Source: Nitrospiraceae bacterium (GTDB taxonomy: Bacteria; Nitrospirota; Nitrospiria; Nitrospirales; Nitrospiraceae). Taken from it: a stretch of DNA of 64,000 bases. This document shows, one piece after another, positions 42,002 to 51,604 of the stretch. The stretch is from NCBI GenBank assembly GCA_050246315.1, contig JBFWWG010000001.1, positions 448,001 to 512,000 of the forward strand. The letters are read 5' to 3'. The notes below the pieces were generated by a model. The model saw only the letters and a program-made list of their open reading frames with translations, was not told the DNA's origin and made no database searches. Each line of letters starts with the position of its first letter. Position 1 is the first letter of the stretch. Position numbers and translations under genes: made by a program.

Positions 42002-43684
42002 ATGGGACAGAGCCGTCGGAATTGGGAAATGATCCACGGGGTGGTCATGCTTGCGGTAATCGCGGTCTTGGCCGGTTGTAGCGATGGGGGAGGTGGCGGT
42101 GGAGGGACGATACAAGGGAAAGGGGTTGCGATCCCGCCAAGTATCGTCACGACAGCGGTGCCAGTGGCTGATATCTCACTCCCCTATGACTCAACCCTAA
42201 GCGCCACGGGGAGTCCCGATATCGACTGGTCCATATCCGGCGGGGCGTTGCCGGCAGGGATCAGTCTGTCGGGAACAGGTACACTTTCTGGGACACCAAC
42301 CGAGGAGGGACAGTTTCCTGTGAGCATTAGCGCTGTGGGGCCGGGGGGCACCGATACGAAGCTCTTGGTCCTTACGGTCCGGCCACGGACGAGTTTGATC
42401 TCCGTGAGTCGCACGGGAGAGCAGGGCAATGCTGAGAGCGGGGCCCCTCCGGCCTATGGGGGAGAGGCCGAACTCAGCGGTGATGGGCGGTTTGTGGTAT
42501 TCAATTCGACCGCTGGGAATCTCGTACCCGCCGACACAAATGGGAAGCGAGACATATTCGTTCATGATCGAGCGACCCGAGAGGTCAGCCTTGTGTCGGT
42601 TGGAGTCGGTGGAGTGCCAGCCGACGGAGAAAGTCCACTCGGGGCGATCAGTGAGGATGGCAATATTATCGCCTACCATTCCTTTGCGGGGAATCTGGTC
42701 AACGGTGACCAGAATGGCCAAGGCGATGTGTTTGTACTGGACCGTCGGACCCAACTCACGACTCGGGCTTCTGTGAGGACGGTGACGGGCGAGGAAGGAA
42801 CCTGCGCCCTACCTCCCGCCGGCGGCTTCGATTGCACGAGCTTTGATCCGCATCTGAATGACGATGGTAATCTCGTGGTATTCGGTTCTACTTTTTCGAA
42901 CTTGGTCTCGAATGATACCAACGGTCAAGCCGATATATTTGTCCACGATCGATCGAGCAAAGTGACGGAGCGAGTCTCGGTAGGACCAGCCGGCTTCGAA
43001 TCCGACGGATTCAGCGGCAATCCCGGCATCAGCGCGGATGGTCGGTACGTGGTATTTGAGTCCAAGGGAACCACTTTGGTCGGGGCCGGACAGGACACCA
43101 ACGGGTTCTCGGACATCTTCGTGCACGATCGCACCACGAGACAGACGACGCGCGTGTCGGTCGGAGCGGGCGGGGTTCAGGGAAATGATCACAGCTTTAC
43201 CCCCTCCATCAGTCGCGATGGGCGGATCGTGGCGTTTTGGTCCTTGGCCAACAATCTCGTGGCGAACGATACCAACGGTGTGGCAGACGTATTCGTAGTG
43301 GACTGGCAGTCTGCGTCCCCCTTGATGCGTCGGGTCTCGGTGGATCAGAACGGTGTCGAAGGCAACGGTGAAAGCCGCGTGCCGATGTTGAGCCGAGACG
43401 GGAGATTCGTGGTCTACGAATCCGATGCAAGCAATCTCATAGGCGCTGGGCAGGATACCAACGGTCAAACCGACATCTTCGTCGTGGATACCCAGCCGGG
43501 AGCGAACAATGCGGTCCGTCGCGTATCCGTGGATGGGGCGGGAGTTGAGGCGGTGGGAGGAGCGAGTTTCTTTGCCGCGATCAGCGCCGACGCCCGGTTT
43601 GTCTCGTACACCTCGTCCGCGACCAATCTTGTGCCGAACGACCTCAATGGCGTTGCCGACGTTTTCGTAACGCAACGCCCGTAG
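42002..43684 (+). CDS. Lipoprotein with putative Ig domain and TolB-like beta-propeller repeats, paralog 2
   Basis: Lipobox LAGC; GGALPAGISL.GTLSGTPT; same repeats and C-terminus (DVFVTQR) as paralog 1. Confidence 0.88.
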   Translation: MGQSRRNWEMIHGVVMLAVIAVLAGCSDGGGGGGGTIQGKGVAIPPSIVTTAVPVADISLPYDSTLSATGSPDIDWSISGGALPAGISLSGTGTLSGTPTEEGQFPVSISAVGPGGTDTKLLVLTVRPRTSLISVSRTGEQGNAESGAPPAYGGEAELSGDGRFVVFNSTAGNLVPADTNGKRDIFVHDRATREVSLVSVGVGGVPADGESPLGAISEDGNIIAYHSFAGNLVNGDQNGQGDVFVLDRRTQLTTRASVRTVTGEEGTCALPPAGGFDCTSFDPHLNDDGNLVVFGSTFSNLVSNDTNGQADIFVHDRSSKVTERVSVGPAGFESDGFSGNPGISADGRYVVFESKGTTLVGAGQDTNGFSDIFVHDRTTRQTTRVSVGAGGVQGNDHSFTPSISRDGRIVAFWSLANNLVANDTNGVADVFVVDWQSASPLMRRVSVDQNGVEGNGESRVPMLSRDGRFVVYESDASNLIGAGQDTNGQTDIFVVDTQPGANNAVRRVSVDGAGVEAVGGASFFAAISADARFVSYTSSATNLVPNDLNGVADVFVTQRP

Positions 43685-43700
43685 CGGGCTGAGGGCACCC

Positions 43701-43737
43701 GCCCGCCAAGGCTCCTGTCTCAGGAGTCTTGGCGGGC
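43701..43737. terminator. Hairpin between convergent genes
   Basis: GCCCGCCAAGGCTCCTG-TCT-CAGGAGTCTTGGCGGGC. Confidence 0.7.
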
Positions 43738-43752
43738 TTCTCGCGTGAAGAC

Positions 43753-44691
43753 CTATCGGAGTTGTTCGAGGACAGACGCCATGAGGAGAGGGAACAAGAT
43801 CTCATGGTGGCCGATGAGCGAGTAGCCCGTTCCACCTTTCTGAGTCGGCCGTTTCACGACGTTGGTTAACGGACGGTAGTGAGGAATAAAGTCCATATTG
43901 ACGGTCGTGATGTTCGTGAGCGGGTGCCCAAGATTCCGGCCCAATGTGACGGTCTTGAGAAAGACCTCCGGCAGGATCACGGCTGACCCCAGATTGATGT
44001 AAACTCCGCCTTCCATCCCCGCCACTACTGCCGCCAGTTTCCTGAAATCCACCAACGAGGCGGCGCCGATCGCTGCTCCGTCTGCAGAGGGATGCATGTG
44101 GATGATGTCCGTGCCGATCGCCACGTGAACCGTAACGGGGATGCCTAGGCGAGCAGCGGTTGCCAGCACGCTCAGCGAGCGGTGCGGGAACGTACGATTC
44201 CGCGAAGCGATATAGTCGCCGACGGCGGCGCCCAACCCCCTGTCCTTCTCGACTCCCAGCACGATCGCCTCGTTGAGCAGGCGTCCGGTTTCCTCGGCCA
44301 TACCGAACCGGCCCGAGTCGATCTCGGTCTCCACGTCCTCCGATGTTTGGCCGAGAAGCGCGATTTCAAAATCATGGATAATTCCGGCGCCGTTGAGCGC
44401 AATCGTCGTGAGAATGCCGCGTTCCATGAGATCGATGACCAAGGGGCTCAGCCCCACTTTGATCGGATGGGCGCCCATTCCGAGAATGACCGGGCGTCGC
44501 CGGCGATGAGCACGGGCGATCGCCAGCGCCACGGCTCGGAGGGTTTTGACCGCCAGAATGTTGGGTAGCCACTCCAAGAACTGACCGAAGCGGCTTCCGG
44601 GTTTCCATGGCGTGGCAAAATCGGCAATGCGCACCTTGCTGTGCCGCCGCTGAAGCGGATAGGTCTTCAGCCGGCTCACATCGATCGGCAT
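43753..44691 (-). CDS. Conserved protein with deoxyhypusine-synthase-like fold
   Basis: ILGMGAHPIKVG, ALNGAGIIHDFE, VAIGTDIIH, NLGSAVILPEVFLK; start uncertain (44691 or 44760). Confidence 0.7.
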   Translation of the reverse strand: MPIDVSRLKTYPLQRRHSKVRIADFATPWKPGSRFGQFLEWLPNILAVKTLRAVALAIARAHRRRRPVILGMGAHPIKVGLSPLVIDLMERGILTTIALNGAGIIHDFEIALLGQTSEDVETEIDSGRFGMAEETGRLLNEAIVLGVEKDRGLGAAVGDYIASRNRTFPHRSLSVLATAARLGIPVTVHVAIGTDIIHMHPSADGAAIGAASLVDFRKLAAVVAGMEGGVYINLGSAVILPEVFLKTVTLGRNLGHPLTNITTVNMDFIPHYRPLTNVVKRPTQKGGTGYSLIGHHEILFPLLMASVLEQLR

Positions 44692-44725
44692 GACGGGCGG
44701 ACGAGGGCGGGTGGATCGGGGAATC

Positions 44726-45307
44726 TTACCCGGGCGTCGTGGCAAAGAGGTCTTCCTCAATCAACTCGCAGAGGACATGCCCCAGCGTGATATGGCACTC
44801 CTGGATGCGGGCGGTCACCGTGGAGGGCACGATGAAGCTGTACTCCACGAGCGAGGCCAGTTTTCCGCCTTGGTGACCGGTCCAACCGATGGTGATGAGG
44901 CCGCATTCGCGCGCAGTCTCGACACCCTTCAAGACATTCGGTGAATTGCCGCTGGTGCTGATGGCGATGGCGATGTCCCCCTTGTGGCCGTGGGCGCGAA
45001 CTTGGCGGGCAAAGATGTCGTCGAATGTGTAATCGTTGGCGATGCAGGTCAACGCGGCGATGTCTGAACCCAGAGCCAACGCGGGCAGCGGGCGGCGATC
45101 TTTGTGGTACCGTCCCACGAATTCCGCCGCGAGGTGCGAGGCGTCGGTGGCGCTGCCTCCATTGCCGAAAAGCAGCACCTTCCGGCCTTCTCGCAATGCG
45201 TGGGCCATGACGCCGGCAACGTCCGCAATACGATCGATATAGGTGCGCACGAAGCGGCGTTTGACCTCCGCGCTGTCGTCGAACCGTTCGATGATACGAG
45301 TTTTCAT
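44726..45307 (-). CDS. gmhA: Phosphoheptose isomerase
   Basis: GNGGSATDASH, ANDY, ISTSGNSPN, ARIQECH. Confidence 0.95.
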   Translation of the reverse strand: MKTRIIERFDDSAEVKRRFVRTYIDRIADVAGVMAHALREGRKVLLFGNGGSATDASHLAAEFVGRYHKDRRPLPALALGSDIAALTCIANDYTFDDIFARQVRAHGHKGDIAIAISTSGNSPNVLKGVETARECGLITIGWTGHQGGKLASLVEYSFIVPSTVTARIQECHITLGHVLCELIEEDLFATTPG

Positions 45308-45341
45308 TCGGGCGCCATTCTAGGAAAGGCGTTCCAGCCTG

Positions 45342-46295
45342 TCAAACTCCAGGGGTCGTCGTAGGCGAGGCCGTCGACGCGGGTCGCTTGGCGATGACGT
45401 TCATCGCGAGCGCGATCATGGAGCCGACATCGGAGACTGTGGCCGGGAGTACCAAGGTGTTGCTGGACTTCGCCAGTTCGCCGAATTTGGCGATGTATTG
45501 TTCGGCGACGCGAAGCTGGAGCGCTTCGAAGCCGCCCGGAATCTGAGTGGATTCGGCCACCTTCCGTATGCCTTCCGCCGTGGCCGTGGCAATCGCGAGG
45601 ATCGCCTGGGCGGCACCCTCCGCCTCGTTGATTTGCTGCTGTCGCTTGGCCTCCGATGCCTTGATGACCTGTTGTTTCTCGCCCTCGGCTTCATTGATCG
45701 CTGCATCCCGCTGTCCTTCGGAGGTCAGCACCACGGCCCGCTTCTCCCGCTCGGCCCGCATCTGCTTCTCCATGGCGTTGAGGACATCCTTGGGTGGCGT
45801 GATGTTCTTGATTTCGTATCGCAGCACCTTCACCCCCCAGGGCTCGGAGGCCTTGTCGAGTTCATTCACGACTTGCACATTGATATTCGTCCGTTCCTCA
45901 AAGGTGCGGTCGAGGTCGATCTTGCCGATCTCGCTGCGCAAGGTGGTCTGCGCGAGTTGCGTGAGCGCGAACTGATAATCGGAAATGCCGTACGACGCAC
46001 GTTCCGCATTCAGCACCTTGAGGTAGAGCACTCCATCGACGCCGACCTGCACATTGTCCCGAGTGATGCAGATCTGCTCCGGAATATCGATGGCGGTCTC
46101 CTTGAGGGAATGTTTGTAGCGCACGGTATCGATGAACGGCACTAGAATATGAAAGCCCGCGTTCAGGGTCGAATGGTATTTCCCCAATCGTTCGACCACA
46201 AACGCGCTCTGTTGCGGTACGACGCGCGCGGTCTTGGCGATCGTGACGACCACCAGGATCGCGAGGATGAACATGACGAACAATCCACCGGACAT
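45342..46295 (-). CDS. SPFH/stomatin (paraslipin-type) protein
   Basis: VVERLGKY, LAQTTLRSEIG, WGVKVLRYEIK, KQMRAEREKRA. Confidence 0.93.
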   Translation of the reverse strand: MSGGLFVMFILAILVVVTIAKTARVVPQQSAFVVERLGKYHSTLNAGFHILVPFIDTVRYKHSLKETAIDIPEQICITRDNVQVGVDGVLYLKVLNAERASYGISDYQFALTQLAQTTLRSEIGKIDLDRTFEERTNINVQVVNELDKASEPWGVKVLRYEIKNITPPKDVLNAMEKQMRAEREKRAVVLTSEGQRDAAINEAEGEKQQVIKASEAKRQQQINEAEGAAQAILAIATATAEGIRKVAESTQIPGGFEALQLRVAEQYIAKFGELAKSSNTLVLPATVSDVGSMIALAMNVIAKRPASTASPTTTPGV

Positions 46296-46332
46296 GGTCG
46301 ATTCCTCCATAAGAGTGGCGATGCCTTGCGAT

Positions 46333-46764
46333 TCAGCCGGACGTGACCCAGAGGGTCAGGCCGTCCACTCGTTCGACTCGACTCCGCTCGCCCTTCGTGA
46401 TCTCTCTCGGTCCGATGTTGGTTGCCGACCATGCAGAACCGCGCAGCTCTACCTTCCCGATCCCTCCGGTTGCAATTGTTTCCAAGGCGATCGCTTCCTC
46501 GCCGATGAGCGTATCGACCTCGCCGGAAGGGGCCGCACGTTTCATCATCATAAGCAGCCGGCTTCGGAACAGGACCAGCGAGAGCACCGCCAGGGCTGAG
46601 AAGAGCAGCCACTGTGTCCAGTCTGGGAGAGCCAGTCCCAGGCCAAGCGCAGACCCCACGATGAGGGCCGAAAGTCCAAAGAACAGGATGTAGAATCCGC
46701 CCGGCGTGACCAATTCGGCTCCCAGGAGCACAAGTCCCACGAACATCCAGTGCCACCACAACAT
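46333..46764 (-). CDS. NfeD-family membrane protein
   Basis: WWHWMFVGLVLLGAEL..PGGFY, GKVELRGSAWSA; upstream of SPFH. Confidence 0.9.
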   Translation of the reverse strand: MLWWHWMFVGLVLLGAELVTPGGFYILFFGLSALIVGSALGLGLALPDWTQWLLFSALAVLSLVLFRSRLLMMMKRAAPSGEVDTLIGEEAIALETIATGGIGKVELRGSAWSATNIGPREITKGERSRVERVDGLTLWVTSG

Positions 46765-47009
46765 TGATCTGCCTCACCGAATCATGGTCTGCCGGGAGAA
46801 CAGTAGGGCCGTCTGGAGTGACGACCTGTGGACGGGTGCGGCGCGTTCAACGCAATCAGTCTAGTCACGCCTCGCACCACGGTCAAGGAGCGACAGTTAA
46901 TCGGTATCAGGAGGCGGCCGATCACGACAAGAGATAGCATAGTAAGATAAGCAGCGGCCGAGCCGCAGTCGTTGATCGATGGCGGGGGCGGTGCTATAGT
47001 CCGCGCTCC

Positions 47010-48275
47010 ATGGCCGTCGAGTCTCCCGTCAAAGCGCTCCTGTGCGGTTTCTCCAGCAACGTCGAGGCTGCCGCATATGTGATCAACCGGCTGAAGCCGG
47101 ACCTCCTCTGTTTTTTTGCTCCCGAATCCAGCAAGCCCCTTATCGAACAGCAGGTTCAGCCAAAGCTCGCGCAGATGCCCCGCCGGTGGGACATCATTGC
47201 GACCCCCGATTCGCTGGAGTTTGTCGCCTCCTACCATGCGCTCATTCGCGCCCTTCCGCCGCTGCTCCAGACCTGGGACGTCCTCCGCGGGGAATTGGTC
47301 ATTGCTTGGGCTGATGCCTCGCCGGCCATGGTCGGGGCGCTGATCCTGGCCGGGCTCGATAAAGCGTCGCGCGTCGTCCAACTGTTGGAACCGCCTGCGG
47401 CCACGGGACCGGCCGCTGACTCGCCGATTGGAACATCGGAGGAGCGATGGAAGTGGATGCAGGGAAATCCCTGGGATGAGGGCTCGGCCTGGCTGCGCAA
47501 GGAGGCGAGTGATCTGTTCAATAAAGGTTCGTACGAAGCGGCGACCTCCCTGTTCAAGCAACTCGAGCAGCGGGTGAGCGGGGGGCAGAAGCCCCTCTAT
47601 CGCGCGTTCGCCGATCTGGCCGAAGGATATGGATTGTGGCACCGGTTCCAGTACCGTCCGGCATGGGATAAATTGAAGACCTCGCACAGAGCGCTCGAGA
47701 TGGCGTCGGTTTGGGGCGGGCCCCCGGGGCTCAAGGAGCTGATCCCGGCCCTCAAGGCCAATGCGGGATTTCTCGAACGGCTGGTCCTTGATCCGCAAGA
47801 GGTGAAGGAGCAGGCGGCGCTGGATCTGCTGGCACAGGCTCGGCGTCGGGCCGAGCACCAGAGGGACATCGAGGGAGCCATGGTCGCACTAGTGCGGGCT
47901 CTGGAAGCGTTTGCACAGCGGCAACTGTTCAAGCAGTACAAGATCAAGACCTGGGATGTGCAGGCGGAACAATTGCCGGACGCGCTGCGAGAAACCTGCC
48001 GCGCCTGCTATCTTGATGACGTGGACGGCAAGTACAAGCTGCCGCTTCAAGCGCAATTCCGTGCGCTGGCCGGGTTGGGCGATCAAATGGGGCAGGCATT
48101 CCTCGCGCAGTGGCCCAAGATGAAGCCGCTGCTGGATGCGGCGAACCATGGGGTGCTGGGGCATGGATTCGAGCCGGTGAAGCCGGAGCGGTTCCACCAA
48201 CTGTACGAGATTGTCATCAAACTGGTCGATGTCCCGGACACCTCGCTGCCGAAATTTCCCGTGCTGAACGTGTGA
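47010..48275 (+). CDS. Orphan CARF + HEPN-like protein (TIGR02710-like), motifs degenerate
   Basis: Rossmann-like N-terminus (KPDLLCFF, AMVGALILAG), NPWD linker, helical middle, C-terminal NHGVLGHGF resembling RNxSxLAHG. Confidence 0.72.
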   Translation: MAVESPVKALLCGFSSNVEAAAYVINRLKPDLLCFFAPESSKPLIEQQVQPKLAQMPRRWDIIATPDSLEFVASYHALIRALPPLLQTWDVLRGELVIAWADASPAMVGALILAGLDKASRVVQLLEPPAATGPAADSPIGTSEERWKWMQGNPWDEGSAWLRKEASDLFNKGSYEAATSLFKQLEQRVSGGQKPLYRAFADLAEGYGLWHRFQYRPAWDKLKTSHRALEMASVWGGPPGLKELIPALKANAGFLERLVLDPQEVKEQAALDLLAQARRRAEHQRDIEGAMVALVRALEAFAQRQLFKQYKIKTWDVQAEQLPDALRETCRACYLDDVDGKYKLPLQAQFRALAGLGDQMGQAFLAQWPKMKPLLDAANHGVLGHGFEPVKPERFHQLYEIVIKLVDVPDTSLPKFPVLNV

Positions 48276-48278
48276 CGC

Positions 48279-48683
48279 GTGGCAGGCACCCACACGATCG
48301 ACATTCGCATCTATTATGAGGATACCGATTGCGGCGGAGTAGTGTATTATGCGAACTACCTCAAATATTTCGAACGCGCGCGGACACACTATCTTGAATC
48401 GAGAGGGATCTCCGTTACCGAACTATTGCAGCAGGGCACCCAGTTCGTGGTGGTCCATGCCGAGCTGGATTGTCGAGCGCCGGCTCGGTATGGGGAGACC
48501 TTGACGATCGAAACGCGCCTTGCTGAGGTGACGAGGGCCTCACTGACCTTTGCACACGTGATCCGGGAGCGAACGAGCCAACGGGTGGTAGTCGAGGGAT
48601 CGGCGAAGCTGGCGGCGACCGATCTGGCCGGCAAGGTCAAACGGATCGACCAGTCGCTTGTCGACCAACTTCACGACGCATAG
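48279..48683 (+). CDS. YbgC/FadM-family acyl-CoA thioesterase
   Basis: IYYEDTDCGGVVYYANYLKYFERAR. Confidence 0.92.
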   Translation: MAGTHTIDIRIYYEDTDCGGVVYYANYLKYFERARTHYLESRGISVTELLQQGTQFVVVHAELDCRAPARYGETLTIETRLAEVTRASLTFAHVIRERTSQRVVVEGSAKLAATDLAGKVKRIDQSLVDQLHDA

Positions 48684-48696
48684 AAAGCATGCCCCA

Positions 48697-48810
48697 ATGG
48701 AAAAACTAGGAACGTGGTTGGCCATCGGAGGCGTCGCGATCGGATTTGTCGTGCTGGCTTGGTTGTTGTTTTCCGAGGGACCGAAAGACAAGAAGGACAA
48801 AAAGCCGTAG
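48697..48810 (+). CDS. 37-aa single-TM peptide
   Basis: MEKLGTWLAIGGVAIGFVVLAWLLFSEGPKDKKDKKP; below the ORF-track cut-off. Confidence 0.55.
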   Translation: MEKLGTWLAIGGVAIGFVVLAWLLFSEGPKDKKDKKP

Positions 48811-49016
48811 TGCTCGACCCTCGGTGTGGTCCTCTTCCGCCTTGTGTATCCTAAGTACCACCTCGAAGGGTAGAGACCTCCTCTCAAGTCCCCGTTGCAT
48901 GCACCGCTCGTTCTACATCTCGACTCCGGCGGGTCCGGTTGGGATCATCTTCATCGCTGATGGTTCCGGCCTGCCGTTCCTGTTATGAACGATCAAAGTC
49001 TTCAACTGGAGAAACA

Positions 49017-50579
49017 GTGGTCGTGAGACTGTCTCCCTGGAACGCCAAGCTGCGCGATTGGCAGGCCCGTGCCGTGGCGGCGGTCTTGACCCATCCCAGC
49101 CCGGACTTTCTTGCGACCGCGACTCCCGCGGCGGGAAAAACGCGGTTCGCGTTGCGGATCGCCCATCAATATCTGGCCGACCGAGTGGCCGGCCGCGTGC
49201 TGGTCATCTGTCCCACAAATCACCTTCGCGGACAATGGGCGGCCGCGGCCGGCTCGGTGGGGATTCAACTGGACCCGGCGCTGACGAACGAGCAGTCCTG
49301 TGAAGCCCGCGATTACCATGGGGCAGTCGTCACCTATCAACAGGTCTGCCTTGCGCCGGCTGTATTTCAGCGGGCCTGCCGGAACCGGCGCACGCTGCTC
49401 ATCTTCGACGAGTTGCACCATGCGGGCGACGGCAAGGACTGGGGCAGGGCGTTGCGGGAGGCGTTCAGCGAGGCGGCGTTTCGCCTTGCGCTCTCGGGGA
49501 CGCCCTTTCGCTCTGATAACAATCCAATCCCTTATGTCCGGTACGATCACGGAGAAAGCCAGGCCGATTTCACCTATGGCTATGCCGAAGCCATTCGCGA
49601 GGGCGTCTGCCGGCCCATTCTGTTTCCGAGCTATGAGGGGGAACTGAGCTGGTTGTCGGACGGGCGCGAACATCGGGCCACGTTTGAAGACGGATTGACG
49701 GCCGAACGGCGGAGGGAGCGGCTCAAAACGGCGCTGCTACAGGAGACCTGGCTGGGGCCGGTGATTGCCGACGCCCATACCGAATTGACCCGACTCCGCA
49801 AACAGGAGCAGCCGGACGCGGGCGGCCTGATCGTCGCCATGAACCAGGAGCATGCCAGGCAGGTGGCCGAATTGGTCGGCCGCGTCACAGGAAGCCGTGC
49901 CCATGTGGCCGTCTCCGACGATCCGGCCGCCTCCAAGACGATCGAGACGTTCGCGCAACATCCCAAACAGCAGTGGTTGGTCGCCGTGAACATGGTGAGC
50001 GAAGGCGTGGACATTCCACGACTGCGTGTCGGCGTCTACGCGTCGAACGTGTTGACGGAGATGTATTTCCGCCAAGTCGTCGGGCGGTTCGTCCGGATGC
50101 AGGAGGGCTTTCCCCGACCGCAACGGGCTTGGCTCTACCTCCCGAAGGACGCGACGCTCGTGCACTATGCCAAACGGATCAAGGCCGAGCGGGACCATGT
50201 CTTGGAAGAGGTGATGCCGTCCGTGCAGCGGACGTTGTTCGGCACCGCCGGCACCTCGCTGAAGGAATATGTGCCGTTGAACGCCGTAGCCCGAATGGAT
50301 GCCTTGATCGGTGAGGACGAGGCCGACCAGGAGGGAGGCAAGGGCGCACCGGCACCGGCCGTTTCATTGCATGACCGAAAGGCCGAGCTGCGGGAGGTGC
50401 ACCGAACCTTGGTCGGAACGGTTGCGAGGAAGACCGGTCTCGATCATCGCCGGCTCAATGCGGAGCTCATCAAACGCACCGGCGGACGTGTCGATCAGGC
50501 GACGATTCGACAACTGGAGCGTCGGATCGCCTTGCTGGAACGGTGGCGAGAATCCGGATTTGACGGAACGCGGACGTGA
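49017..50579 (+). CDS. Superfamily II DExH helicase (ResIII-like)
   Basis: LRDWQ Q-motif, TPAAGKT, DELHH, LSGTPFRSD, MVSEGVDIPRL, QVVGRFVR. Confidence 0.9.
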   Translation: MVVRLSPWNAKLRDWQARAVAAVLTHPSPDFLATATPAAGKTRFALRIAHQYLADRVAGRVLVICPTNHLRGQWAAAAGSVGIQLDPALTNEQSCEARDYHGAVVTYQQVCLAPAVFQRACRNRRTLLIFDELHHAGDGKDWGRALREAFSEAAFRLALSGTPFRSDNNPIPYVRYDHGESQADFTYGYAEAIREGVCRPILFPSYEGELSWLSDGREHRATFEDGLTAERRRERLKTALLQETWLGPVIADAHTELTRLRKQEQPDAGGLIVAMNQEHARQVAELVGRVTGSRAHVAVSDDPAASKTIETFAQHPKQQWLVAVNMVSEGVDIPRLRVGVYASNVLTEMYFRQVVGRFVRMQEGFPRPQRAWLYLPKDATLVHYAKRIKAERDHVLEEVMPSVQRTLFGTAGTSLKEYVPLNAVARMDALIGEDEADQEGGKGAPAPAVSLHDRKAELREVHRTLVGTVARKTGLDHRRLNAELIKRTGGRVDQATIRQLERRIALLERWRESGFDGTRT

Positions 50580-50586
50580 CACCCCT

Positions 50587-50624
50587 CGCCGGACGCGGCG
50601 GGCGACCCCGCTCGGCGTCCGGCG
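50587..50624. terminator. GC-rich hairpin between convergent genes
   Basis: CGCCGGACGC...GCGTCCGGCG stem with inner GCGGG/CCCGC. Confidence 0.6.
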
Positions 50625-50636
50625 GTATCCCCTTCC

Positions 50637-51077
50637 TCATGACCGCTCGAGGGGACGGCGATAAAACTCCAGCGGCGGGGCCGTTCCACTCTCGAGCAAG
50701 AGACGGTCCCCCTCCAGACGATAGTGTGTTGAAGTTTCGAATGCGCGGATAAACGCCGCCTCGAACTCCATCCGCCCAGGTTCGCAAGCCATGCGCGTGG
50801 TCATGCCGGGAGACACGGTCACGTGACCGTCACGCGGTCCGAACGTGACGCGGCTGTTGTACCGGTTGCAGCCGGCATGGCCGGAGGCTCTGCCCTCCTG
50901 GAATTCGAGGATCACGGGCTCGCCATTGTCGCCATGCGGGACCGTGCGATCGCCCCAGCGAACTAACTCCCACCGATTGGACTCGATGAGTCGAGGCGCG
51001 TTCTCCGTCGAAGGAGCGGAGACACACCCCAGCAACATGACCGTGACAGCGATCGGGAAGAGATTGGCGAGGCGCAT
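50637..51077 (-). CDS. META-domain (HslJ-like) lipoprotein
   Basis: Lipobox LLGC; SGHAGCNRY, TRMAC. Confidence 0.9.
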   Translation of the reverse strand: MRLANLFPIAVTVMLLGCVSAPSTENAPRLIESNRWELVRWGDRTVPHGDNGEPVILEFQEGRASGHAGCNRYNSRVTFGPRDGHVTVSPGMTTRMACEPGRMEFEAAFIRAFETSTHYRLEGDRLLLESGTAPPLEFYRRPLERS

Positions 51078-51604
51078 CTACAATGGTTGAGCGAGTGGCG
51101 ATTGTTGACTGATGCTTTCGGCTGAATCGGGCATGGAGTCATCCGCACGAGACGACAGGCTGTGTCGGTATCCTGCCAAGATTGGCAGGCTATGCCAAGC
51201 GATTTCTTGGCGGCATTGCAATGGGACCGATTCCGGACCTGAGCATGGGTGTCGCCTGCCAACCGCGTACATCGCGCAAACGCAAGTCGCCCCCTTTGCA
51301 TGGCGGGTCTGAAAAGGTATACTCATCGCGGCCGAGGCAAATGCAGCGCTTCGCCTTCCTCTGATCAATAGCTATATAGAGGATGAGCGGACCTCCGAAT
51401 CTTCGGTGGAACCATTTTCGGGTTGCTGCGCGGATTCGCTCCCGCGAGGTGAGCCTGAGTCTCGACCAGATTCTTGGATACGTTCCCACCCTGAGCCGCT
51501 AGACGGCCCTCCGATCGTTGTGTTCTCCCGAATGAGTATCCTCACGCTGCGTCTGTCGGCGTGAGGGCGATCCGCACGTGGAGTCTCCAGCGTGATAAAG
51601 CTGC

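Noticed and set aside
39900..43680. Nucleotide repeats inside the two propeller genes as a DGR or repeat array
   Set aside because: Explained by protein blade repeats; no reverse transcriptase and no adenine-specific TR/VR pair seen.
46782..47858. 358-aa minus-strand ORF
   Set aside because: Antisense shadow of the CARF-like gene.
46800..51600. CRISPR-Cas locus around the CARF gene
   Set aside because: No regularly spaced repeat-spacer array and no cas1/cas10/RAMP motifs seen in the window.
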